A stretch of 26,818 nt of DNA from a virus (taxonomy: Duplodnaviria; Caudoviricetes), in the IMG/VR virus record IMGVR_UViG_3300017910_000188, positions 1-26,818 of that record. The stretch is one strand, 5' to 3'. The notes below the pieces were generated by a model, which was not told the origin of the DNA, ran no database searches, and worked only from the letters and a program-made list of their open reading frames with translations. Positions within the stretch are counted from its first letter, which is position 1. Every line of letters starts with the position of its first letter. A program made the translations under genes and the position numbers. This document shows positions 15,001-23,998 of the stretch, one piece after another.

Positions 15001-16242
15001 TACAGCCTGACGTGGTGCTTCGATTACCCCGCCAAAGATGTCTGCGAATGCGGGTAATGTGACCTCACGAGCAAGGCGTTCAGCTCTTGCAGGTATGGCC
15101 TCGAAGGGTGTCATTGGCTCTTGCTCTGCCTGACGCTTCATCATGGCCCGGTCGTATGCTGATAGGTCTGCGCCTTGACGCGCATCAAGCACCTTGCCGG
15201 TAGCATCGTCGTTTTCAAACGTAGGCATACGCATTGGTGGGCGCGGCTCAGTAGTTAGAGCCATAGACTCAGCGGCTTCAGCTTCTTGGGTAGCCAGCAT
15301 AAGGCCAGCCATCGGTAAAGTAATGCCGTAGCGTGTGGCAATATCTAGTGTTCGAGGATCAAAGATGACAAAGTTTTTTGCGCCAGCTTTAGCATAAGGA
15401 TCGTTATACTGAATGCCCTTTATGCCCAAGGCTTCTGCCGCCTCGGTTGCCTTCTTTTGAGCGTCTGGACCCTTAGCGTCTTTTGCTAATTGATAATAAG
15501 CGTTTTGCCCTGAAGTTGTTTCCTTTATGCCTTTGGCAAGTAGCGCATCGCGAATGGCTGGTGGCTGATCGGCAACAGCCTTACTCCAATCTAATAGCTC
15601 TGACTTGTCGGCTTTTATGGTCACTTCATAAAGAGCGCCGGGAGCATCAAAGTTTGGCTGTACAGTTTCCTTGAACCACTTATATACGCCTTCGGGATAT
15701 GCGTCGTATTCCTCTTGACGTTGTACAACTCCCAGCGTATCGCCATCAATCATTATCTGCTCAATGATTTCAGCCTTTTGATAGTCAAGATCGGTGGCTC
15801 GCGCACCAGTTAAATCACTATAAAGCTCATTAATATCTCGACCGTCAATGGTCATATTATAATCTCTAAGGCTGTTTCTTTCATCTATTAGGCGATCATA
15901 TTCACCTGCAAGCTCAAAGCCTTTTGGATCATTAAATTGTCTGTATTGACCAGCGACTTCGTACTTTGGCATCTCTTTTGAAATTTCAACAAGACGATTG
16001 GTAATACTATCGAGCCGATCTCTATTAACATTTCTTCTAAATGGGCGTGCGGAGTCTGTGGTTTCTGTTAAATAAAACCCTTCTCCATACATCTGTGCAC
16101 CTTCGCCACGCCCAATCTTTTCTCGATCAAACTCTGAAAATCTGTATGGGCTACCTGTATAGGCCTTGAAGCCTGACTTGGGAGCTTCTGGGCCAGCCTT
16201 AGCAACACCCTCTGCAACAGCAGTGATTACCTTGCTAACCAT
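12058..16242 (-). CDS. Large internal virion (ejection) protein with an N-terminal ADP-ribosyltransferase-like (ART-PolyVal-type) domain
   Basis: Occupies the gp16-equivalent position and is Ala-rich and helical (PFVRTP, GWQPYSIK..YNRLDP). The N-terminus carries AYTGSPY..FD...IGRGEGAQMYGEGFYL...GIKGIQY..NFVIFD. Confidence 0.8.
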   Translation of the reverse strand: MVSKVITAVAEGVAKAGPEAPKSGFKAYTGSPYRFSEFDREKIGRGEGAQMYGEGFYLTETTDSARPFRRNVNRDRLDSITNRLVEISKEMPKYEVAGQYRQFNDPKGFELAGEYDRLIDERNSLRDYNMTIDGRDINELYSDLTGARATDLDYQKAEIIEQIMIDGDTLGVVQRQEEYDAYPEGVYKWFKETVQPNFDAPGALYEVTIKADKSELLDWSKAVADQPPAIRDALLAKGIKETTSGQNAYYQLAKDAKGPDAQKKATEAAEALGIKGIQYNDPYAKAGAKNFVIFDPRTLDIATRYGITLPMAGLMLATQEAEAAESMALTTEPRPPMRMPTFENDDATGKVLDARQGADLSAYDRAMMKRQAEQEPMTPFEAIPARAERLAREVTLPAFADIFGGVIEAPRQAVAGFLDATAEAARVMESIIPLGTISGAEPEYLEIEADPRTVTGAGVRAISQFLTGFIPALRGVKALGVTGVAAPAAAGAIADATVFDPQEERLSNLIQEVPALQSPITEYLAASPEDTDAEGRFKNAVEGLALGGVADGLIQGIRLVKNRRALVEVAEAEGKPVEQMIEEAMATMKGGMPIPREMPLGQEYIPFDEAAEAVQPTIRVPEFKPGTTEADPEAARNINLANLNTTEDVSTLIDEVAKADAPNINDARRQKITNDELPKLADDLGMTVEDLLARRQGEAFNAEQILAARKILVASGESLVKLANAAKNGSEMDLALFRRAMSQHRAIQSQVSGMTAEAGRALQSFRVVAASSREQERLIKEALETTGGEAVSRDMAAMLSELDSPEKIGRFVKDANRATTKDQLYEIWINGLLSSPTTHMVNILSNTMVAALTVGERKIASAIGPNIPPGETSAQLKGLVDGARDGFRLAWNALKTGEPTDPMQKVEAEKFRAVTSENLNIAGPAGRFADFMGEAIRVPGRLLTAGDEYFKSVGYRMELYAQAYRQAFNEGLRDEAAAKRVVEIIENPPENIKQAAIDASRYQTFTNQLGKTGKAVEQVRNNIPYARVVMPFVRTPVNVMSYAFERTPLAPLSSSFREEIAAGGARRDLALGKLIAGSMAMAVSADLVMSGSITGAGPTNPKMRNIMRATGWQPYSIKVGDKYYAYNRLDPVGALLGLSADVTEIIGQTTEAEAAQIATAAALSVAQNMASKTYMSGVTDFFDAFFSASLDPESSNYKLMSYLQRQAASIVPASVANIERYLSPEMSATYGFLDRVKSRIPGYSDDLPPRRNIFGEPIVLEGGIGPDIMSPIYTSTAKDDPIADEMVRQQVAVGMPRRVIENVELDAQQYDRYVLLYSGIESQFSLREQLRITMNSQSYKNASDGPEGGKAVFIKGIFDQYKLQAQAKMLQEDGRLMNMVIEAKEREMALRIGR

Positions 16243-17837
16243 TATTGCCCTCTCTTAATATCAGCCATCATGTTCTGGAAGTTCCTAATGCGGACTAAAT
16301 ACTGCTGTAGCCTTTCCTCTTCCGCGTTGTAACCAACTTTGTCGTCTTTGTAAGTTGTATCAACTTGGTCGGCTAAACGCTCAAGCGCTTTGTTCACATC
16401 GGCTTCGCTAGTGAATTGAGGCGGAATGTCGTTGATATCTAGCAACTGCTCCGCGACAGCGGCAGGATCTTCGCCAGCCAGCACCTTCTCATCAAACGCC
16501 AGCATCAAATCAGCCGCACGTTCCTTTGTACCTGCGCCAGTAAAGCGCCCTGTAATTGGGTCAACAATGCCCACGTTCGTACTGACATACTTGCGATAGC
16601 GTGTAGCCTTTGGCGTGTTCAATATTGGCTCTTCGCCCAGCGTGGACAGCAGTGATTGCGCCCTAGATGACGTTAATCGAGTGCCAGTGTTAGCAATGAT
16701 CAGGTTACGTGCCGCTTCTGGGTTCTGATACATCTGCGTCTGGATGTCATAGATCAGATCGAAGTCATCAATACCCTGACCGCGAGTGTTCATTACGTTG
16801 GTCAGTGTAGTCAGTTGTGACTGCGTGAGATTGCCAGCCATAGCAGTGCGTGTAATGTCGCCTACGTCCGTTTCGCCGTTAATGATGCCAACGTACAGGC
16901 TAGTGAAGTTCTCGCCTTGACGGGCCTTCAGCGCGTCCTCAGCTTGCTTCTCTTGGATGTTGGTCAGTGATATGTACTCGTTCAAGTCAGCACGTAGAAC
17001 ATTAGCCAGCTCTTCCTGCTGTTCGAGTGTAAAGTCACTAACAGGTGTCTCGGCTACAGCATTTATAAACTCAACCGCCGCATACGCGCCACGATTCTTG
17101 ATAATGGCTTGCAGTCCACCTCGGGCCTTCTCGCCTTCAGTGGCTACGATGATGTTTTGCTTGAGTGTCTCACCTGCCGCCGGAGTAATAGTGCCAGCTT
17201 CAACACGCGCATCAATGGATGAAAACGCATTCATACGACCAATCATTGCCGACTCATCATCACCAATACGTGCCGCCTTTAATGCCGCCTCGGTTGCTGT
17301 TTGAGCGGAGCGAATCAGGGTGTCATCTGCGTTCTTGAGATTCTTGGCTGTCTGCGCTTGGTGTACCTGAGATCGGGCGCTAGAGATCATCTGATCCATT
17401 GACTGGTCGATCAATGGTCGGAATTCATCGGCTATGTTCTGTGTAACGCCTGTGCGATACGAATTCACTGCCGCATCAAACGCCTCGATGTCATCCGGGT
17501 TGTCAGTCAGCAGTCGATTAATGCTTTCTCGTGCATCATTATCAACGCCCGCCACATAGGCCTTTGACAGTGCATTATTATATGCCTGATCGAATATAGA
17601 GATCTGTGACAGAAAGCCTTTCTGCGTCTCAATGATCTCGCCTTTCTCTGCCGCTTCTTGCCCAGCCTTGAGTCCGGCCTGTAATCCTCTGCGCTCTTGA
17701 ATGCCAGCGCCAACTTCATACGCAAGACCACCGACCTGTTCAGCCAAGCCAGAGAGAGCCTGCAAGCGTTTCGCCTGAGACGTATCTACACCTGTTGGCG
17801 TAAACCTGCCGTAGTAATCAATGCGCTTCTGAGCCAT
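16242..17837 (-). CDS. Internal virion protein (gp15-equivalent position)
   Basis: 531 aa, Ala/Gln-rich and helical; synteny; TAATG coupling on both sides. Confidence 0.7.
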   Translation of the reverse strand: MAQKRIDYYGRFTPTGVDTSQAKRLQALSGLAEQVGGLAYEVGAGIQERRGLQAGLKAGQEAAEKGEIIETQKGFLSQISIFDQAYNNALSKAYVAGVDNDARESINRLLTDNPDDIEAFDAAVNSYRTGVTQNIADEFRPLIDQSMDQMISSARSQVHQAQTAKNLKNADDTLIRSAQTATEAALKAARIGDDESAMIGRMNAFSSIDARVEAGTITPAAGETLKQNIIVATEGEKARGGLQAIIKNRGAYAAVEFINAVAETPVSDFTLEQQEELANVLRADLNEYISLTNIQEKQAEDALKARQGENFTSLYVGIINGETDVGDITRTAMAGNLTQSQLTTLTNVMNTRGQGIDDFDLIYDIQTQMYQNPEAARNLIIANTGTRLTSSRAQSLLSTLGEEPILNTPKATRYRKYVSTNVGIVDPITGRFTGAGTKERAADLMLAFDEKVLAGEDPAAVAEQLLDINDIPPQFTSEADVNKALERLADQVDTTYKDDKVGYNAEEERLQQYLVRIRNFQNMMADIKRGQ

Positions 17838-18268
17838 TACGTGTAGCTTTCCTTATCAAATAGACCAAGCTCGCCAGCCCTTTCCGCACCACTTAGCAGT
17901 GTGCTTGCCGCTGTGAGTCCCGCTGTTTGTGTTGCCGCTCTTGCCTGACGTTCTAATGACGCCCTTCGTAGCTTCTCCGACAAGTCGATGGTCATCTCGC
18001 TAAGACCTGCTTGACGTGCGCTTTCCAATGCCAGACTTGCTGGCGTACCTTCCCCACTAATTCCTGCGGTCGAGAGTGCCGCGACGTTAGCCGCCAATGC
18101 CCGGTTAAGTTCTTGGCGTCGTGCTAATTCTTGGCTTTGAGCCGCTAGTTCTTCTTGTTTGGCTTGTTCGCGCAACTGAGCCTTCTGCGCTTTGCCAGCT
18201 TGCACCTGACCGTAGGCTGACACTGCCGCGCTTGTTGCCGCTAATATTGCAAATATTGGGAGAGGCAT
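17837..18268 (-). CDS. Internal virion protein (gp14-equivalent position)
   Basis: Hydrophobic Ala-rich N-terminus followed by a Gln/Ala coiled coil and the AGISGEGTP motif; synteny. Confidence 0.75.
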   Translation of the reverse strand: MPLPIFAILAATSAAVSAYGQVQAGKAQKAQLREQAKQEELAAQSQELARRQELNRALAANVAALSTAGISGEGTPASLALESARQAGLSEMTIDLSEKLRRASLERQARAATQTAGLTAASTLLSGAERAGELGLFDKESYT

Positions 18269-20815
18269 CTAGTTACCCTCGATCTCGTATTCAATCATCT
18301 GTATGTGCATGGGTGTGGGATCAGGACACGTGATTGTCGGTATGACCTCTCTACCCCAGCCGTTAATGTCGTAAACATCCTCTATTATGCCACTTGTGGG
18401 GACAATAGACTCAGGAGTTAATGGTGACGTGATACCTGCCTCGCCAAACGAGCGGATAGGTACAGGGATGCCGTCGATATAGATGCCAGAAGACTCATAA
18501 ACACGTACGTTCATCCGTACGATTTTCTTTAGCCGCATCTGGTTCTGACCTGATCCGATGTTGGTATTCAGTGGCATCGGCTTGATCGTAGGAACAAACG
18601 GCAAGCCAACCTCATACGTCGTTAATGAGTATTGTTCGCTGGCATCAAGCGCGATCTCGCCACTAGCTACCGTGTAAGACGACAGCACATAGCCCTCGTT
18701 CTTGTCCAAATAACCTTCTCGTGTAATCACTTTGACCGATTCACCATTTAAATGGTCCAGTCCGTCGATATCGCCGCCAACTTGTACGCTTTTGATCGAG
18801 CAATCCATGAGATAGGTGAAGTCCCAGCGCTCAATGAACAGCTTTGCCACGCTGTTTACAGTGCGCTCAACCGTCATAAACAGCTGATCATCTACAACGC
18901 AAACGCTCTTGATGTCGCCGCTCGTACTCCAGCTAGTGAAGCCGTTGATGTCTTGGCTTCTCAGGGTATTCAGGATGGTCGCTGTACCGTCCGTGTTGAC
19001 GATAAACAGCCAATTAGCGTCGTCACTCGCAGTACCCGCTAGGAGCGCCATATCGACCGGCTGGTTGATCAAATGTGAGGCTAGTACCGACCTATCGTCT
19101 GTGGTGTAAGCGTCCTCGTTGAACGAATACAGGAAGCTCAGGAGCGACTTGCCATGACGGTCCACAAATATGGTTGAGCCATCCACGTCTTGGACCTCAA
19201 CATTGTTTGCGCCGTGTGAAGTCTGCGGCTGAATGTTGATACTGGACGGGGTGACTGGTCTGCTGGTTACTGCAAACTCCGCACCAGACGTAAATATTTG
19301 CAAGTTACGACCGGGATATACGTCAACAATATCATTCAGCTTGCGTGAAGAGATGGTTGCAAAGATCGCCTCATCGTCATCGCCGTCATCAATGTCAAAG
19401 TCAAAAAATGCGCCCGTCTTAGACATGAAGATCGACTGAGGCTTGGCCTGAGTGCCACCAAGCACCAATCGGCCTTCATAGAAACACGCGCTGATAGGAT
19501 ATCCACGGGTAGCAGACCAAACATCCTCTTTACGCGGGGAGCCTGATTGCGTCTTGGTAAACTCAATCTCGTGGTCAGTGGAACCTTCCGTTACATACGC
19601 AGAGAACAGTTCAAAATCCTTGGTCGATTCGCCAGATATGGTAATCGTGTACTCTCGAGTTCCTGTTCTTGCTACGGCTACACCTGTTTCGCCAAAGACT
19701 GGCATCTCTTGCAAGTTCTTCTGAATGTTGAAAACAGTTGCGGCCTGCTCGTCGGCAGTTGAGTCGCCCGCATAGCTGATAGATTTTGAAAGAATGCCCT
19801 CAATGTCTACCTCAAAACGGTCGCCACGCTTCCATTGTCCCGATCCAGTATGCCCCAGAGTCATCACCTGTATCTCATTAACAGGCGTGGGGCTTTGTGC
19901 ATCGTCAAAATCGTACTGAGGTACGTTCAAGAATGGGATGTTGTCGATCACCCAATCCGCATCCGTACCAATATTCACCAAACGAATAGGCTCGAAGTTG
20001 CCAAACACCAGCATGACGTTCTCGATCTGCGCTGTCCGCACAGTTGATACGTCAACAGTGGAATCGTAAGTCGGCTTGATATCCGCGACTCGCGTGGTCT
20101 GGATGTTCAGCCCCACAAGCTGAGAACGGAAGATAGCGATATTGTCCCGCGTGAACTCGATTAGGTAATGCCGGTCATCCTCAACGCTGAAGTCTTCCAG
20201 CTTGCAGTCACTATCAACGCCTGTTTCTTGGATTAGCTGAAACCCTGCCGCTGTGATCGTCGCTGATCCCAAGTCAGTCGTACCAACACGCACCAAACGC
20301 CAGTAGCGAGCGTATACGCCAATCTTGATGCGGAAGTCTTGCGGGCTTGTGCCGATCAATGGAACATCACCTGCGTCGGTATACGTCACATCGTCAGCAG
20401 AATATTGCACCTTGAACTCAGTCGAAGTGCCAGACGACAAGCTGATCTGTCGGATATCTATAAACTCGATATCAGCTATGTTGGTTGCGCCTTTGTCAGC
20501 CTTGACTACGACGTAATCATTGGTTGTGCCAATCGCTACCGTGGTTGATGTGGTTGTCGTGTCATTGCCATACAATACCGATGGTGTGCCGCCATTCGGC
20601 ATGGTTCCTGTGTAAGCAAAAGACACCAAATTGCGTGTGGTCTGCGCGATAAACTCAGTGCCGGGACGACGACGCATCCCGCCTTGAGGGACGATCACAA
20701 CATTACTAGCAGTCTCAACCGCCTGATAATATTGATTGATATCAATGCGACCCTTGAGAAGCGGGGATAGCTCGCCACTTACAAAGCTAGACTGAATATA
20801 TCTAGTCTTAGCCAT
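18269..20815 (-). CDS. Tail tubular protein B / nozzle (T7 gp12-like)
   Basis: QSSFVSGELSPLLKGRID, PQGGMRRRPGT and GYP...FYEGRLVLGG motifs; 848 aa. Confidence 0.9.
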   Translation of the reverse strand: MAKTRYIQSSFVSGELSPLLKGRIDINQYYQAVETASNVVIVPQGGMRRRPGTEFIAQTTRNLVSFAYTGTMPNGGTPSVLYGNDTTTTSTTVAIGTTNDYVVVKADKGATNIADIEFIDIRQISLSSGTSTEFKVQYSADDVTYTDAGDVPLIGTSPQDFRIKIGVYARYWRLVRVGTTDLGSATITAAGFQLIQETGVDSDCKLEDFSVEDDRHYLIEFTRDNIAIFRSQLVGLNIQTTRVADIKPTYDSTVDVSTVRTAQIENVMLVFGNFEPIRLVNIGTDADWVIDNIPFLNVPQYDFDDAQSPTPVNEIQVMTLGHTGSGQWKRGDRFEVDIEGILSKSISYAGDSTADEQAATVFNIQKNLQEMPVFGETGVAVARTGTREYTITISGESTKDFELFSAYVTEGSTDHEIEFTKTQSGSPRKEDVWSATRGYPISACFYEGRLVLGGTQAKPQSIFMSKTGAFFDFDIDDGDDDEAIFATISSRKLNDIVDVYPGRNLQIFTSGAEFAVTSRPVTPSSINIQPQTSHGANNVEVQDVDGSTIFVDRHGKSLLSFLYSFNEDAYTTDDRSVLASHLINQPVDMALLAGTASDDANWLFIVNTDGTATILNTLRSQDINGFTSWSTSGDIKSVCVVDDQLFMTVERTVNSVAKLFIERWDFTYLMDCSIKSVQVGGDIDGLDHLNGESVKVITREGYLDKNEGYVLSSYTVASGEIALDASEQYSLTTYEVGLPFVPTIKPMPLNTNIGSGQNQMRLKKIVRMNVRVYESSGIYIDGIPVPIRSFGEAGITSPLTPESIVPTSGIIEDVYDINGWGREVIPTITCPDPTPMHIQMIEYEIEGN

Positions 20816-21375
20816 TAGAACCTCACATTAGTGAACGGGTTGCTTCGTAGTTGCTCCGTTGGGTACTGCTGAGAGTCCGTATATCGCGCCATACGGGACG
20901 CATTCACATAGGCCGCCGCCATCTCACCCCTAGCCGCAGAACTGTCTCTAATGCTCGCCGCGAAGTCCATAGCCAATGCGTACTCGATCATCTTTGCAAA
21001 GTACACAGGCCACTCATCTTCAGTGACGTTTGCAATATAGTCAGCGTATAGGGCTTGGGTAGAATTGCTGTAAACCTTGTCACCATAGATCTGATAGTTG
21101 GAATCAGGGGTAACAGTGATCAAAAACAGCAGGTCAGTGGGTAGCTGGTAGATGCTTCTCCAGCCATTGGGGTCAACCGGGGTATCCGTCAACAGAGATA
21201 TCTGTGCCTTCTTACGCGCAAAGCCCCAACGATGCTTGGTTAGCTCGTTCTGGACTATGTTGTCGTAAAGATTGTTGGCAACTGTCTCGCGCCGTGATCC
21301 ACCAGTCAGTGAATTAATCGGAGTATCCCCGATCAGAATAAGCGCATTGCTAATTAAGTCGATCTTACTCGCCAT
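20815..21375 (-). CDS. Tail tubular protein A / adaptor (T7 gp11-like)
   Basis: SKIDLISNALILIGDTPI, HRWGFARK and YQLPTD motifs; synteny. Confidence 0.88.
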   Translation of the reverse strand: MASKIDLISNALILIGDTPINSLTGGSRRETVANNLYDNIVQNELTKHRWGFARKKAQISLLTDTPVDPNGWRSIYQLPTDLLFLITVTPDSNYQIYGDKVYSNSTQALYADYIANVTEDEWPVYFAKMIEYALAMDFAASIRDSSAARGEMAAAYVNASRMARYTDSQQYPTEQLRSNPFTNVRF

Positions 21376-21384
21376 AACTCACCT

Positions 21385-21411
21385 GAAAATAGAATGGCCC
21401 CCGAAGGGGCC
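21385..21411 (-). terminator. Intrinsic terminator after the capsid genes
   Basis: GGCCCC-UUCG-GGGGCC hairpin (21411-21396) followed by an interrupted U-rich tail (AUUCUAUUUUC). Confidence 0.8.
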
Positions 21412-21418
21412 GAGGAAC

Positions 21419-21676
21419 TTAGCTGTCGCCGAGTGCAGTTCCGGAAGCACAGTCGATTGCAGTGCCAGTGTTACTCTTCACAAAAGTGATAGTAACAGCC
21501 GCCGCATCCGAGTCGCTTACGAAAATGATGTCGTTGACTTCCAGCTCGTTGATTGCTGGCAGGAAGTAATCCGCGCCAGTAACAGTAGCGATTGAATCAG
21601 GTGACGCATATGCGTAAACCTTCTGAGCATCGCCCATACCGCCAATGCGTGAGAGCTTAGTGTAATCAAATGCCAT
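21419..21676 (-). CDS. Putative capsid decoration/minor capsid protein (85 aa)
   Basis: Lies between the capsid gene and the terminator, with a strong SD (AAGGAG). Confidence 0.7.
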   Translation of the reverse strand: MAFDYTKLSRIGGMGDAQKVYAYASPDSIATVTGADYFLPAINELEVNDIIFVSDSDAAAVTITFVKSNTGTAIDCASGTALGDS

Positions 21677-21689
21677 GACTTAGTTCTCC

Positions 21690-22523
21690 TTACGCAGTCT
21701 TGTCGTATTGAACTTTAACGAGACCACCCTCGTCACGTACAACAGAGCCAGCCTTCAACATACCGTTAGAAAGCCAAGCTGTACGCTCGGGAATCCAGTT
21801 AATTTCTGTCTTCATGTCGATGCCGATAGCGAGGCCAACAGCCGGACGCTGGAAGAACCAAGAGTCGACAACATTCGCCGCTTCAGTCAAACCACCCTCA
21901 GTACGAGTTTCGATCACCATGAACTGGAAACCAACAAGTGTGTTGACTTCACCAGATACGAGTGCCTTGATGTTTTGATAGTCGCTAGAAGTTGCCTTCT
22001 CGTCGTTCAACAATCCGCCCAAACCGCCTGCTTCGATAACAGCAAACAACTCAGAAGATGGAACACCTTGATCGCGAAGCTCAACCTGAGCGTCGATGAC
22101 CTTAGCCATTGTCAAGTTGGTGCCGCCCGCTGGGACTGTAGTAGTCAGCGGAGTAGAGGCATCCATCGCGTCAATGACAAGCTGGTCACAACGACGGCCA
22201 AGAGCGCCAGCGATAGTGTTCGCAAGCTCTTGCTTCTCGTCAAAGTTTACTTCCTGCTGGTCAAAGATGTCGGTGTACTCAGGAGCGTTCCAGTTTGCGA
22301 GAGTCGCATTCTTGAACTCATGAGTCACGTCCATTGGAGTGACGAGGTCAGAAGTAGATTTTTGGTTAGCCAAGCCCTTACCCATACGGCGGAACTTGTA
22401 GATGTCGCCCACAACATTGTTGCGAACTGTAACAGCAGGCTTGAGCACACCCATACCTTGGTATGCCTGTTTCACCATGCTGTCAAACTCTTGTACGGCA
22501 ACTGCCGAAAGATTCTTTGACAT
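21690..22523 (-). CDS. Major capsid protein
   Basis: FDSMVKQAYQ, ALGRRCDQLVIDA, LVSGEVNTLVGFQF and NWIPER resemble BPP-1-type capsids. SD GAGGAG; downstream of the scaffold gene. Confidence 0.9.
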   Translation of the reverse strand: MSKNLSAVAVQEFDSMVKQAYQGMGVLKPAVTVRNNVVGDIYKFRRMGKGLANQKSTSDLVTPMDVTHEFKNATLANWNAPEYTDIFDQQEVNFDEKQELANTIAGALGRRCDQLVIDAMDASTPLTTTVPAGGTNLTMAKVIDAQVELRDQGVPSSELFAVIEAGGLGGLLNDEKATSSDYQNIKALVSGEVNTLVGFQFMVIETRTEGGLTEAANVVDSWFFQRPAVGLAIGIDMKTEINWIPERTAWLSNGMLKAGSVVRDEGGLVKVQYDKTA

Positions 22524-22565
22524 GATTCAGTCTCCTCGTTGTCAAAGTTGATAACAATGATTTTG

Positions 22566-22670
22566 AGGTTTTGGACTGAGTACCCGATAGCCGGTCAGTC
22601 TTTCAACCTAAACTATCGGGCCTTGTGAAAGGGGTATCCGATGCGCCGATGATACCACTATTTGTTAGTG
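22566..22670 (-). ncRNA. Candidate structured leader (H-type pseudoknot plus three hairpins) upstream of the major capsid gene
   Basis: 22583-22590/22613-22620 (8 bp) crosses 22574-22579/22595-22600 plus 22566-22570/22605-22609. Hairpins at 22621-22632, 22633-22656 and 22656-22670. Confidence 0.6.
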
Positions 22671-23405
22671 TTAGCCAAACGTCTGGGTGTATGGCTTATC
22701 ACCACCAAACTCTTTCATCATGCGCTGAATCTTGCGCTCGTGGTTGATGTCAACAGAGCGAAGCAGATTGCCATTCTCATCCTTCTTGAACATCTCTGCC
22801 TCGATGTCTGCCCACTCGATTCCACCGGGTTCGATGTGTCCATCAATCGGTAGTTTTGCGGGTGCCGTTGATCGGACCAGTGCCTCCACTAGCTCAACCG
22901 CCTCAGCACTGTTCACAGCGTAACGCAGTCGCTCGTATGTATCGCCATCCAAGTTGTTCTTCATGTACTGCTCAACAACCTTGATGCGCTCAACAGCGTT
23001 ATCGCCCAGCTTTGCCATCTCAGCCTCAACAGAGACCTCTTCAATGGCTTGCTCTTGTGCGGTTAGTAGTTCCCACGCCTGATTCAATGCAGACTGAGAC
23101 ATATTGGTGCTGTTGCCAAACTCTACAAGCTCGCCCCACAGTGCATCATCAGACTCAACGCCATCATAAAGTGCGTATCCATCCTTCGGTGCGCCAGTGA
23201 ATCCGCCAAACTTTTTCTCAAGCTCGGTGTATGCCTTAGCTTGCTCTGCGACTGACTTGTACTTGTCGGCTTTGTACCACTCGGGTTGATCGCCAACGCC
23301 CTTGATCCCATCACTCAGAAAGTATTCGCCCTCGCCCAACGTGGGTTCAGCGGCATCTACTAATGATTGCAGGGTATCGTTACTCTCTACGGCCTGATCT
23401 TCCAT
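22671..23405 (-). CDS. Capsid assembly scaffolding protein
   Basis: Acidic and helical; KYKSVAEQAKAYTELEKKFG motif; lies between portal and capsid. Confidence 0.85.
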   Translation of the reverse strand: MEDQAVESNDTLQSLVDAAEPTLGEGEYFLSDGIKGVGDQPEWYKADKYKSVAEQAKAYTELEKKFGGFTGAPKDGYALYDGVESDDALWGELVEFGNSTNMSQSALNQAWELLTAQEQAIEEVSVEAEMAKLGDNAVERIKVVEQYMKNNLDGDTYERLRYAVNSAEAVELVEALVRSTAPAKLPIDGHIEPGGIEWADIEAEMFKKDENGNLLRSVDINHERKIQRMMKEFGGDKPYTQTFG

Positions 23406-23408
23406 GAT

Positions 23409-23726
23409 TTATCTCCAAGGATAGTTAATGACAGCCCTCTTAGGGCTTATGGGTTGGTGCCTGAGTTTGATGTCCTCAAGCCTTCGCTTGCCATTCAGCA
23501 GAGACAAGTCGTTGATGTCGATCCAATCAACGTGGTGCCCAGCTTTGTAGCATCGAAATGCGCGAAACTTATGCAGATACTCGAACTTATCGAACTGATA
23601 TTGGTCAGCTAGTCCGCCAAGCCAATCCATGTCGAAGCCTACTGACTTCAAGTGATCGGGTTCAGAGCAGACAACCTCGTACTTGGGCTTCGCTTTGCGT
23701 GCCCGCTTCTTGGTTTCTTCAGTCAT
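23409..23726 (-). CDS. Hypothetical protein in the head module (105 aa)
   Basis: Coupled ORF that fills the gap; no family recognised. Confidence 0.7.
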   Translation of the reverse strand: MTEETKKRARKAKPKYEVVCSEPDHLKSVGFDMDWLGGLADQYQFDKFEYLHKFRAFRCYKAGHHVDWIDINDLSLLNGKRRLEDIKLRHQPISPKRAVINYPWR

Positions 23727-23998
23727 AGTCGTTCAGCTTGTTGGATGTAGTGGATAATCATGCGGATAACGCCAGCCTCGCCATTGTGGTACGCCGCTTC
23801 ATACGCGACGTTCTGGCTAGATAAGGCAGTAGCGTTATCAAAGAGGAATCGACGGGTGAGGTCTTCTAAAACCTTCTGTCCGTCATCGGTATTGAAGCAA
23901 CGGGCATAGGCTTTCGATAACTCCGCCTGCTTTTCCCTTATTTCTGCCTGTTGTTTCTTAGCGTCTGGGCCTTGGCCCTCGATGTTTTCCCAGCTCAT
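23723..23998 (-). CDS. Conserved small head-module protein (Bbp19-like)
   Basis: YARCFNTDDGQKVLEDL..AYHNGEAGVIRMI; immediately after the portal. Confidence 0.75.
   Translation of the reverse strand: MSWENIEGQGPDAKKQQAEIREKQAELSKAYARCFNTDDGQKVLEDLTRRFLFDNATALSSQNVAYEAAYHNGEAGVIRMIIHYIQQAERL

Noticed and set aside
21677-21720. T7 10A/10B-style capsid frameshift into the decoration gene
   Set aside because: No slippery sequence was seen, and the downstream gene has its own strong SD.
21708-22520. 270-aa plus-strand ORF exactly antisense to the capsid gene
   Set aside because: Its codons are in register with the capsid gene, it has no SD or recognisable motif, and it is explained by the codon bias of a highly expressed gene.
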